A stretch of 64,000 nt of DNA from Thermodesulfovibrionales bacterium (GCA_041658585.1 JBAZZX010000005.1:17226-81225); one strand, 5' to 3'; counted from the first letter of the stretch, positions 18,048 to 25,335 are shown. The notes: generated by a model from the letters alone, not told the origin. Numbers and translations are program-made.

Positions 18048-19118
18048 ATGATGTTCATCACACGACTCATAACGGAATTCGGCGAGTACCACTACACGCC
18101 TGACTACGTGCGTGGCGTTCTCGTCGAAATAACCGGGATTCTGATCGAGGTGCTCCTTCTCTCCATTGCGGTGCCCGTCATTTTCTATTTTGTCCGTCGA
18201 GTACGAACGAGGCCCATTCGGGCAATGGTGGATTTCTATCTTTTTCAGATATTTCACAAGGTCACACGTATGTTTCTTCGAATGGCATCAATCAGCGATC
18301 TCATGCCGATTATAGCAGAAGAGCAGAAACACAATCCGAAGTTCGAGATTTACAGCCACTTTGTCTACGGCAATCTCGAGAACATCCTGTTTGTCCTCAA
18401 GAGAACCTTTGCCAAAGGCGATACGTTTCGCACGGAGGTTGACAAGCGATCTATTGATGACTTCAAGGAGTTCCGGACCATCTCAGACCGCTGTCTTGAG
18501 GAAATCGATCGACTTGCGGCGATGCTTGTCGGAGTCCCGGACATCCAACAGGAACTCTTCCAGATGAGGATACTCGTTTATCCTCTTCGCGACCTATATG
18601 ATGAGGTTATCACGGATATCAAGGACTCAGAGAAGGAGCCGTTTCGCCGGAACCTCCATTCCTATGACGTCCAACAACAGGCTGAGCAACTCACCACAAT
18701 CATCGACTCAATCTTCACCAAGCGCCGAAAATTGATCGACTCGATGATGAAGCATCAGCAGTGGCGTTCGTACGCGCAGCTCTTTCTGTCCATTGTTCGG
18801 CGTTGGGCGCAGATACGGATATGCCGCTTCAGGAGAAGGCCCTATCGCGATTTCATCGCCCCGTCCCCGGTGCCTGACATGCTTCAAGAGTGGCGTGAAA
18901 GGGATCAAATGAGCCGAGAGCAAGCCGCTCAGACACTCGGGATTCCTGTTAGGGAGTACAGTGATTACGAGAACGGTTACAGGCAACCGGCAATGCACCT
19001 GTGGGAGAAGGTCAAGCCGTATCTTCGGAAGGCAAACGATGTCATTAAAGAGAAGCAAAGGACCGAACAATCAACTCCACCCTATTCGGAGAACCACGGC
19101 GGTTCTCCTCAAGGGTGA
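18048..19118 (+). CDS. membrane-anchored protein with C-terminal XRE-type HTH
   Basis: 356 aa. One hydrophobic helix (VLVEITGILIEVLLLSIAVPVIFYF), a long helical middle region, and a C-terminal MSREQAAQTLGIPVREYSDYENGYRQP HTH_3-like motif. No family recognised for the N-terminal 270 aa. Confidence 0.75.
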   Translation: MMFITRLITEFGEYHYTPDYVRGVLVEITGILIEVLLLSIAVPVIFYFVRRVRTRPIRAMVDFYLFQIFHKVTRMFLRMASISDLMPIIAEEQKHNPKFEIYSHFVYGNLENILFVLKRTFAKGDTFRTEVDKRSIDDFKEFRTISDRCLEEIDRLAAMLVGVPDIQQELFQMRILVYPLRDLYDEVITDIKDSEKEPFRRNLHSYDVQQQAEQLTTIIDSIFTKRRKLIDSMMKHQQWRSYAQLFLSIVRRWAQIRICRFRRRPYRDFIAPSPVPDMLQEWRERDQMSREQAAQTLGIPVREYSDYENGYRQPAMHLWEKVKPYLRKANDVIKEKQRTEQSTPPYSENHGGSPQG

Positions 19119-19180
19119 GTTGACGCGTTGGGCAGCGGTAGAGTGCGTTGGATATTTTTATATTTTATAAGGAGGCTGTC

Positions 19181-19621
19181 ATGAAGAAAACAATCACAAT
19201 AGTCAGTATTACCTTCTTGTCACTTTTCTCGGGATGTGCCCATCTAGATTTCGGAGATGAGGGACTTACCTATTATGATCCAAAGCCGTACTTGTTTGTG
19301 TCGACTACAAGAGATTGTGTGACTACTGCTGTGGTGCTGGTAGTACCTGAACAGAAGAAGGCGGTGAAATTTATATCAGGATATGGAACCGCCGACCTAT
19401 CAGTAGGCCTAAACAACGGAATGATTACTTCTGCTGGACAGAAGACCGACACAAAAATACCGGAAACAATCGGTGCAATTACTAGTATAGGAACGGCAAT
19501 GGCCGGTTTGAAGTTAAAGGAGCCGGGAAAGGGTTGCCCTCCTACAGCTGTACTCTATCCGATTGTATCTGGCGAGCCAGACAAAAAAAATCCAATCCCG
19601 TTTGACGTCCAAACGGAATAG
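19181..19621 (+). CDS. hypothetical lipoprotein
   Basis: Start moved to the ATG at 19181 behind AAGGAGG. Signal peptide MKKTITIVSITFLSLFSGC with a lipobox-like cysteine. No family recognised. Confidence 0.7.
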   Translation: MKKTITIVSITFLSLFSGCAHLDFGDEGLTYYDPKPYLFVSTTRDCVTTAVVLVVPEQKKAVKFISGYGTADLSVGLNNGMITSAGQKTDTKIPETIGAITSIGTAMAGLKLKEPGKGCPPTAVLYPIVSGEPDKKNPIPFDVQTE

Positions 19622-19665
19622 ATCAAAGTTGGCGACGGGGACGTTGAGGACGTTGTGAATCTTTA

Positions 19666-20747
19666 GGGACGTTGTTACTTAAGTTGCATAACTATTGACA
19701 AAGGCACAATTGAACAATAAAATACTGCCATGCCGCGACAAGCCAGATTGGATATGCCGGGAGCGTTGCACCACATAATGGTGCGGGGGATAAACAAGGA
19801 GTCCGTTTTCATTGACAAGGAGGACAAAGAACAACTACTTCAACGGCTTGGGATAAATCTTGTTGATGGGCAAGGTTTTGTATATGCCTGGGTAGTCATG
19901 GACAATCATCTGCATCTTCTTATCAAGAGCGGAAAACGAGGCATATCCGATATAATGCGAAAACTTCTGACGTGGTATGCCCAGTATTATAACCGTCTCC
20001 ATCGGCGGAGAGGACATCTTTTCGAGAACCGCTATAAATCCATACTGTGTGAAGAAGAGACATACCTTCTTGCCTTAATCCGCTATATTCACCTTAATCC
20101 GGTGCGAGCTGGGATAGTCGGAACCATGGAAGAATTAGATGAGTATTTATGGAGCGGCCACAGTGCGGTAATGAGAAATGTCAGTCGGTCATGGATGGAC
20201 ATCGATTATGTGCTTGCTCAGTTTGGGAGAAAGAAGAGGGCCGCCGGGAATGCATACAGGAAATTTATAGAAGAAGGCATGACAATAGGGCGAAAACCCG
20301 AGCTTACGGGAGGTGGACTTGGCAGGAGTGGCGGAGGCTGGTCGGAGGTGGTAGCCAGGAGAAGGAAAGGTCAGAAAGAAGAATTCGATGAGCGGATACT
20401 CGGCGGCGGGAATTTTGTGCAGGAGGTACTGCAGGAAGCGGAAGACAGACAGATAAGGCAACTGAAGATACAGCGACGAGGAATAACGATAGGGTCAATA
20501 ATAGACGAAGAATGCACAAAAGCAGGAATCAGCGAAAATGAGGTGAAGGCGGGCAGCCGCAGGGGGCCGGTGAGCAGACTCCGGGCAAGAATAGCATACC
20601 GGAGCAGGGATGAACTTGGATTATCGGCGGCGGAAATAGCCCGTCACATGGGCATGGCAACATCGAGTATTACGAGAGCTATCGATAGAGAGCATCATAC
20701 ATCATAGCGGCGGATAATAATAACGCAATTTCAGTAACAACGTCCCC
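19666..20747 (+). mobile_element. RAYT/IS200-like unit: Y1 transposase gene bracketed by 14-bp inverted repeats
   Basis: GGGACGTTGTTACT at 19666-19679 and its exact reverse complement within 20733-20747. Two further GGACGTTG copies lie in tandem just upstream (19638-19658). Confidence 0.65.
19730..20707 (+). CDS. REP-associated/IS200-like Y1 (HUH) transposase with C-terminal DnaA-C-like HTH
   Basis: GALHHIMVRGINK..., HUH motif MDNHLHLLIK, catalytic-Tyr region ALIRYIHLNPVRAGIV. The C-terminal segment ...LSAAEIARHMGMATSSITRAIDR is helix-turn-helix-like. Confidence 0.85.
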   Translation: MPRQARLDMPGALHHIMVRGINKESVFIDKEDKEQLLQRLGINLVDGQGFVYAWVVMDNHLHLLIKSGKRGISDIMRKLLTWYAQYYNRLHRRRGHLFENRYKSILCEEETYLLALIRYIHLNPVRAGIVGTMEELDEYLWSGHSAVMRNVSRSWMDIDYVLAQFGRKKRAAGNAYRKFIEEGMTIGRKPELTGGGLGRSGGGWSEVVARRRKGQKEEFDERILGGGNFVQEVLQEAEDRQIRQLKIQRRGITIGSIIDEECTKAGISENEVKAGSRRGPVSRLRARIAYRSRDELGLSAAEIARHMGMATSSITRAIDREHHTS

Positions 20748-20791
20748 AAAGAATCCTACACAAGGAAGAATCAGAATTATGTCAATAAAAC

Positions 20792-20902
20792 CTATTTGTC
20801 GAGAGGGCTTCTGACGCCGAGGATATTTTTTGTTGCCACATGGGTGTAGATCATCGTGGTCTGCAGATTCTGATGATCAAGCAGCTCGTTGACATGTATA
20901 AT
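20792..20902 (-). pseudogene. second copy of the IntI-type recombinase 3' remnant
   Basis: Same frame and same truncation point as 17855-17965. Two substitutions fall in the remnant (ctgGag>ctgCag, gatgaCc>gatgaTc on the + strand). Confidence 0.6.
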
Positions 20903-20917
20903 TTATCCTTATATAAT
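20889..20917 (+). promoter_or_regulatory. second copy of the TTGACA-N17-TATAAT promoter, facing brnT-brnA
   Basis: Identical hexamers and spacer. brnT starts 69 nt downstream behind AAGAGGAG. Confidence 0.65.
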
Positions 20918-20985
20918 GCTTGCAATAACAGAATAAGCATAAAAATAGATGTTATGTGTAAAATGAAAATAAAGAGGAGTAGCTT

Positions 20986-21285
20986 ATGCGATATTATTTC
21001 GACTGGCATCCTGAGAAAGCGAAGACAAATAGAAAAAAACATAATATCAGTTTTGAGCAAGCAGCCGGTATATTTCTCGATCCCAGAGCTATAACTGTGT
21101 TTGATGATGAACATAGTGAAAATGAAGACCGTTGGGTTACAATAGGAATAGATAAAAGCGGTATCCTATTGGTTATGGTACATACTTTTAATCAAATAGA
21201 CAGCGAATGTTGCAGAATTCATATTATTTCTGCTCGAAAAGCAACCAAAAAGGAAGCAAAACATTATCGGGAGGAAAATAAATGA
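20986..21285 (+). CDS. brnT: BrnT-family (DUF497) toxin
   Basis: FDWHPEKAKTNRKKHNISFEQAAGIF...RIHIISARKATKKE matches the BrnT/DUF497 pattern. Confidence 0.85.
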   Translation: MRYYFDWHPEKAKTNRKKHNISFEQAAGIFLDPRAITVFDDEHSENEDRWVTIGIDKSGILLVMVHTFNQIDSECCRIHIISARKATKKEAKHYREENK

Positions 21286-21485
21286 AAAAAGAATACGATT
21301 TTTCCAAGGGTGAGAGGGGGAAGTTTTATAGACCGGATGCAGAATTGTATCTACCTATATACATCGAGCCTGACATGATGGAAGTGCTAAGTAAATTTTC
21401 AAAGAAAAAAGGCGTCGAGATTGCAACGATAGTAAATGAGTGGATAAAAAAAGACATATCCATAGTAGAAACAATAACAAAATAA
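21282..21485 (+). CDS. brnA: BrnA-type antitoxin
   Basis: 4-nt overlap with brnT. N-terminal EYDFSKGERGKFY and a C-terminal RHH-like segment are typical of BrnT partners. Confidence 0.75.
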   Translation: MKKEYDFSKGERGKFYRPDAELYLPIYIEPDMMEVLSKFSKKKGVEIATIVNEWIKKDISIVETITK

Positions 21486-21486
21486 C

Positions 21487-21552
21487 ACATAACCAATCAC
21501 TCCACAGGATGCGGCGAAACTAACGCCGCACCTGTGAGTTCTATCGTTAGCT
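21487..21552 (+). other. attC-like bulged hairpin after brnA
   Basis: Starts 2 nt after the stop codon. ACATAAC (6/7 to RYYYAAC), a 9-nt unpaired spacer, a 13-bp stem 21503-21516/21524-21536 with one bulged A, a 9-nt spacer, then GTTAGCT (6/7 to GTTRRRY). No T-tract follows, so it is not a classical terminator. Confidence 0.45.
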
Positions 21553-21809
21553 GACAAATAAAACATCAATTTAACCATTGAGGCAATAATGTATTTAAAA
21601 GAAATATTAGAAGATGTCCTACCAACCAAGTGGTCACGTAGAATAATGGGATTGTCATTCGCATCTTCCATTGAGGTAGGATAGAAAAAGTGGACACCAA
21701 AGTCAGAGCCACCACTTGGGCCACTTACAAATCAGAAAATACAAAGAAACATAGTCACCGAAAGAAAAATTTGTTAAAATAACTTCAAGAGAAAAAAGGA
21801 GTTATCATA

Positions 21810-22010
21810 ATGAGCAAAATACAAAATATCGAAAGAGAAGTCCAAGGCCTAAATCCTGATGAACTTCAGGCTTTTAGAAAATGGTTCTGGGATTTCGACG
21901 CGCAAAAATGGGATCGGCAGTTTGAAAAAGATGCTTTATCTGGAAAGCTCGATTCACTGGCCGAGACAGCCATCAAAGCGTTTAAGTCCGGTCACTGCTC
22001 CGAAATTTGA
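21810..22010 (+). CDS. small antitoxin-like protein (partner type of RelE/ParE toxins)
   Basis: 66 aa with LNPDELQAFRKWFWDFDAQKWDRQFEKDALSGKLDSLAE. By recollection this family sits upstream of RelE/ParE-type toxins. A toxin stub follows with an overlapping start. Confidence 0.55.
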   Translation: MSKIQNIEREVQGLNPDELQAFRKWFWDFDAQKWDRQFEKDALSGKLDSLAETAIKAFKSGHCSEI

Positions 22011-22102
22011 AGCATTTTGCCTCGCCGGAGTTTTGGGGACTCTATAGGGCACTGCCGCAGTCTGTTCAAGACCTTGCAGGTAGAAATTTTGCATTAAATG
22101 AA
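22007..22102 (+). pseudogene. RelE/ParE-family toxin stub (first ~32 codons only)
   Basis: The TTG-initiated frame reads LKHFASPEFWGLYRALPQSVQDLAGRNFALNE, the N-terminal helix pair of this toxin family. Similarity ends at a GC-rich hairpin (ccccgccgcaagcagcgggg) and the rest is unrelated. Confidence 0.5.
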
Positions 22103-22314
22103 CTACCCCGCCGCAAGCAGCGGGGAATTGAACCCAAAGAGATTAAAGGAATTGGGATACTTAGAATCGCATCGCAATGAAATAATGGAACAATGAGGAC
22201 GGCGACTGTATGCATTTACGAATTTATTTGTTGAGGAGCAACGCCAATGTCAAATTGAATGATGCCAAAAGTACCTCATGTTACGTTATAATGATTTGTA
22301 TAAGGAGGCAAATT

Positions 22315-22527
22315 ATGAATGCAGAATATACGGCAGCAATAAAGCAATCAGGTGATTGGTGGATTGGATGGATAGAGGAAATTCCGGGCGTAAACTGTCA
22401 AGAAGGAACGTATGACGAACTGCTTGAAAGCCTTCGGCTAACCCTGAAAGAGGCACTTGACTTTAACCGAAGGGACGCTATCGCCGCTGTAGGTTCAGGA
22501 TATAAAGAAGAAAAAATCGCGGTATGA
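22315..22527 (+). CDS. hicB: HicB-family antitoxin (short UPF0150 type)
   Basis: Start at the ATG at 22315 behind AAGGAGG. GDWWIGWIEEIPGVNCQEGTYDELLESLRLTLKEAL. Confidence 0.8.
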   Translation: MNAEYTAAIKQSGDWWIGWIEEIPGVNCQEGTYDELLESLRLTLKEALDFNRRDAIAAVGSGYKEEKIAV

Positions 22528-22712
22528 AGCGCAGTGAACTGCTGAAGTAACTGCGGTCACAAAGATGTGAATTTATCAGAGAAGGTAGCCGCCATTCATG
22601 GTGGTGGAACCCCAGCCAAAACAAACGATCGTCTATTCCAAGACATACTGAAATCGACGATAATCTTGTTCGAAAAATTTGTAAAGACCTCGGAATAGAA
22701 CAAATAAAATGA
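22524..22712 (+). pseudogene. hicA: hicA toxin gene inactivated by a nonsense codon
   Basis: ATGA overlap with hicB. The frame reads MKRSELLK*LRSQRCEFIREGSRHSWWWNPSQNKRSSIPRHTEIDDNLVRKICKDLGI, which is HicA-like throughout. A TAA sits at codon 9 (22548-22550). Confidence 0.8.
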
Positions 22713-22713
22713 G

Positions 22714-22804
22714 CCTTAACACCGCCTTCAACCCAGACGCGGAATAAGCATAGTTTCTTTTTCGCGAAGGTGTTTGCCCGCGCCGCTGATTTACTACGTT
22801 ATCT
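22714..22804 (+). other. attC-like bulged hairpin after hicA
   Basis: Starts 2 nt after the stop codon with CCTTAAC. AACACC/GGTGTT and TTC/GAA stems are separated by a 3-nt bulge, then GCG(G)AA/TTCGC. Possible 3' boxes are GTTTGCC (22772) or GTTATCT (22798). Confidence 0.35.
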
Positions 22805-22890
22805 GTCAAAATAACTAAAGGACACTTGATAAATACATACGATTAATGCATACTAATGCATATAGAATATATTGATGGAAGGGGAATTTT

Positions 22891-23088
22891 ATGAGGACCA
22901 CACTCAACATTGAAGACAGATTACTTGACAAGGCAGCAAAGTTGACTGGTATTAAGGAAAAAACTTCCCTTGTCAGACTTGGGCTTGAAGCACTCATAGC
23001 AAAAGAAAGCAGTAAGAGACTCGCAAACCTCGGAGGAACAGAGAAGAAATTAAATATGGTCCCTCGCAGAAGATCAGCAGGCGCGTAA
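22891..23088 (+). CDS. vapB: VapB-type antitoxin
   Basis: MRTTLNIEDRLLDKAAKLTG...SLVRLGLEALI pattern. Immediately precedes a PIN toxin. Confidence 0.8.
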   Translation: MRTTLNIEDRLLDKAAKLTGIKEKTSLVRLGLEALIAKESSKRLANLGGTEKKLNMVPRRRSAGA

Positions 23089-23089
23089 A

Positions 23090-23446
23090 ATGGTTCTTGT
23101 TGACACCTCGGTGTGGGTTGAACATCTTCGATCCGGCAACGTCGGACTTGAAAATCTATTAAATGAAGGCCATGTTGTTTGTCATCTGTTCATAGTTGGG
23201 GAACTCGCTTGTGGCAACCTCTCAAACAGGTCTGCAATCCTTTCTCTCTTGCAAGCCCTCCCTTTGGTGAACCATGCAGAACATGAAGAAGTGATGCATT
23301 TTATAGAGAATTATTCACTTATGGGAAAAGGGTTAGGGTACATCGATATGCATCTGATTGTTTCGGCTCTATTGACGAAAGTTTCAATTTGGACACTCGA
23401 TAAGAAACTCAAAGAGGTTTCTTCAAAGCTGGGGTTAGAGTACTGA
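23090..23446 (+). CDS. vapC: VapC PIN-domain toxin
   Basis: VLVDTSVWVEHLR ... GYIDMHLIVSAL acidic PIN residues, 118 aa. Confidence 0.9.
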   Translation: MVLVDTSVWVEHLRSGNVGLENLLNEGHVVCHLFIVGELACGNLSNRSAILSLLQALPLVNHAEHEEVMHFIENYSLMGKGLGYIDMHLIVSALLTKVSIWTLDKKLKEVSSKLGLEY

Positions 23447-24200
23447 TTATCGCGGGCAGATAACAACGGCATGGCGTTATGCTTAACTTAACAGCGCCTT
23501 TTTTCAAATAAATTTTCCTGTCTTCTTCTTCAAATCTCTCAATCGCATATCTGAGCATCGTCCTCGGCATATCCTGATAATGCTTTTTCAGAAAAAACTC
23601 CTCTGCCTTTTGGTTTCGCTTTCCGACTTCCCGCAGCATCCAGCCGGAAGCCTTGTGTATCAGGTCGTGTTTGTCATGAATAAGGAGTTCGGCTATCCGG
23701 AAGGTATCGTCAAACTGATTGTTTCTTATAAATGTAAGGGTAGACAGAACCGATATTCTTTTCTCCCAGACGGATTTCGAGTGTGCCAGATCATAGAGGA
23801 CTGAACGGTCCCTTGTTAATAGATAATCACCAACAATATTCGGGGCTGAGAGGTCGACAAGATCCCAGTTGTTGATATGTTTTGTATGCCTGAGATAGAA
23901 ATCGAAAATCTCCTTTTTGCCGGGACCGTCAGCCTTTTTATATTTGATAACCAGAATAAGAAGGGCAACAAGCCTGTGCTCATGGATCCTTCCCGAAAGC
24001 AACCCTTTCAGGTCTTTGAGCGGCAGCTCCGAATACTTTTTGGCAATTTTACGCTGCTCGGGGACGACAATGCCGAGAAATATATCGCCTTCGCCATATT
24101 CACCTTTACCTGTCTTAAAAAACCGCGAGAGTATCCCGGCCTTTTCAGGGTTTGCTTTCACCTGCAATTCGTCTTTTATATTTTCTAAAAGTGTTTTCAT
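23409..24200 (-). CDS. DNA alkylation repair protein (AlkD-like HEAT-repeat family)
   Basis: ANPEKAGILSRFFKTGKGEYGEGDIFLGI...HINNWDLVDLSAPNIVG pattern. The 3' end overlaps vapC by 38 nt and the start codon lies in the end of a MITE-like element. Confidence 0.8.
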   Translation of the reverse strand: MKTLLENIKDELQVKANPEKAGILSRFFKTGKGEYGEGDIFLGIVVPEQRKIAKKYSELPLKDLKGLLSGRIHEHRLVALLILVIKYKKADGPGKKEIFDFYLRHTKHINNWDLVDLSAPNIVGDYLLTRDRSVLYDLAHSKSVWEKRISVLSTLTFIRNNQFDDTFRIAELLIHDKHDLIHKASGWMLREVGKRNQKAEEFFLKKHYQDMPRTMLRYAIERFEEEDRKIYLKKGAVKLSITPCRCYLPAIISTLTPALKKPL

Positions 24201-24392
24201 TAACCCAAAACCTGCGGATGTCCAAAATAAATTTATTTAAATCGATGATTTTATTTAAAAAGATAGTTCATGGTAATTGTATGAAAATATTTTGGTAGCA
24301 CATCTATATAAGTACACTGTTGTATCGAAAAATAAATTTATTTTGGACATTCGCAGTTTCTATGCCGGTTTAATTGCATTTTTTGGGTTAAT
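24198..24392 (+). repeat. MITE-like AT-rich element, family 2, copy 1
   Basis: 195 bp filling the whole intergenic space. Inverted ends: cattaacccaaaacctgcggatgtccaaaataaatttattt ... aaataaatttattttggacattcgcag..ttttgggttaat. Aligns with 55786-55977. Confidence 0.85.
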
Positions 24393-24399
24393 TAAGATT

Positions 24400-25335
24400 C
24401 TATAATGAAAAGACCTTCGTTATTGCTTTCATCTTTTTTCCCTGCCATATGTCCTTTGCGTCAAGCTTCTTTTCTATATCCCGCAGGATCTCCTGCCTGC
24501 TTTTTCCCCATTGAGGGGCTATGAGGATATTGTCCGGCGCGGTTGCGAACAGGCGTTGCAGAACTATTTCCGGGGAAAGCATCTCAATAAAATCGGTTAC
24601 AAAGTCAAGGTACTCTTCATATTCAAATACGTGAAATGGATTTTCTTTATACATCAGTTCAAGCGGCGTATCCTTCACAACCTGTAGTTGATGAATTTTC
24701 AGAAATTCTATTGGCAGATGTGACAGTTCGTCCGCCATCGCAAGCGTTTCCTCCTTTGTTTCCGTAGGAAAACCTACGATAATATGTGTTCCGATAAAAA
24801 TACCCCTGTCCCTGGTCAGATCAAGAGCTCCAAGAAATATCTTGTAATCGTGCCCCCGGTTTATATATTCGAGACTTTTATCGTACATTGACTGCATCCC
24901 GTATTCAATCAGTATGAAGTATTTCTCCGCCAAAGATTCAAGCAGAGCAATCTTTTCTTCATCAACGGTATCGGGTCTTGTTCCTATCGCAAGACCGATA
25001 ACGGCGGGGTCTGACAACGCCTCCAGGTAAAGATGTTCCAAATCGTCAACAGGCGCATAGGTATTGGTATAAGGCTGGAAGTAGACGAGGAACTTTTCCG
25101 TTTTATATCTTTTTCTGACATATGAAATGCCTTTCCGTATCTGCTCGGTTACGGAAAGGGTCGGACGGCAGGAATTGGGTCTGAAGCTGTCGTTGTTGCA
25201 ATAAATACATCCCGACGTCCCAACCGTCCCATCCCTGTTCGGACAGGTGAAGCCGGCATCCACATTTACTTTATAGACCGTGGCGCCATAGCGTTTTTTC
25301 ATAAATGGGCCGAATGAATTAAAGCGTCTGTCCAT
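24400..25335 (-). CDS. radical SAM protein, TIGR01212 (YhcC-like) family
   Basis: VNVDAGFTCPNRDGTVGTSGCIYCNN cluster motif and length. Confidence 0.85.
   Translation of the reverse strand: MDRRFNSFGPFMKKRYGATVYKVNVDAGFTCPNRDGTVGTSGCIYCNNDSFRPNSCRPTLSVTEQIRKGISYVRKRYKTEKFLVYFQPYTNTYAPVDDLEHLYLEALSDPAVIGLAIGTRPDTVDEEKIALLESLAEKYFILIEYGMQSMYDKSLEYINRGHDYKIFLGALDLTRDRGIFIGTHIIVGFPTETKEETLAMADELSHLPIEFLKIHQLQVVKDTPLELMYKENPFHVFEYEEYLDFVTDFIEMLSPEIVLQRLFATAPDNILIAPQWGKSRQEILRDIEKKLDAKDIWQGKKMKAITKVFSL

Larger units (their letters stand above)
20761..20953 (+). repeat. 193-bp direct repeat DR-2
   Basis: Second copy of 17824-18016. Confidence 0.9.

Noticed and set aside
22098-22135. CRISPR-repeat-like hairpin gaactaCCCCGCcgcaagcaGCGGGGaattgaac at the point where the relE stub loses similarity
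   Set aside because: Only one copy is present. There is no repeat-spacer periodicity in the neighbourhood and no cas genes in the window. It is more likely a cassette-boundary or deletion scar.
22247-22285. Possible attC between the relE stub and hicB (GCAAC ... GTTACGT)
   Set aside because: The stem is very short and interrupted, and the length is below the usual attC range. I cannot separate it from the hicB promoter region.
23458-23482. AGATAAC ... GTTATGC mini-hairpin just after vapC, considered as the terminal attC of the array
   Set aside because: At ~25 bp it is far shorter than the attC size range I recall (roughly 55-140 bp). It may be a truncated remnant or chance, so I did not call it as a feature.
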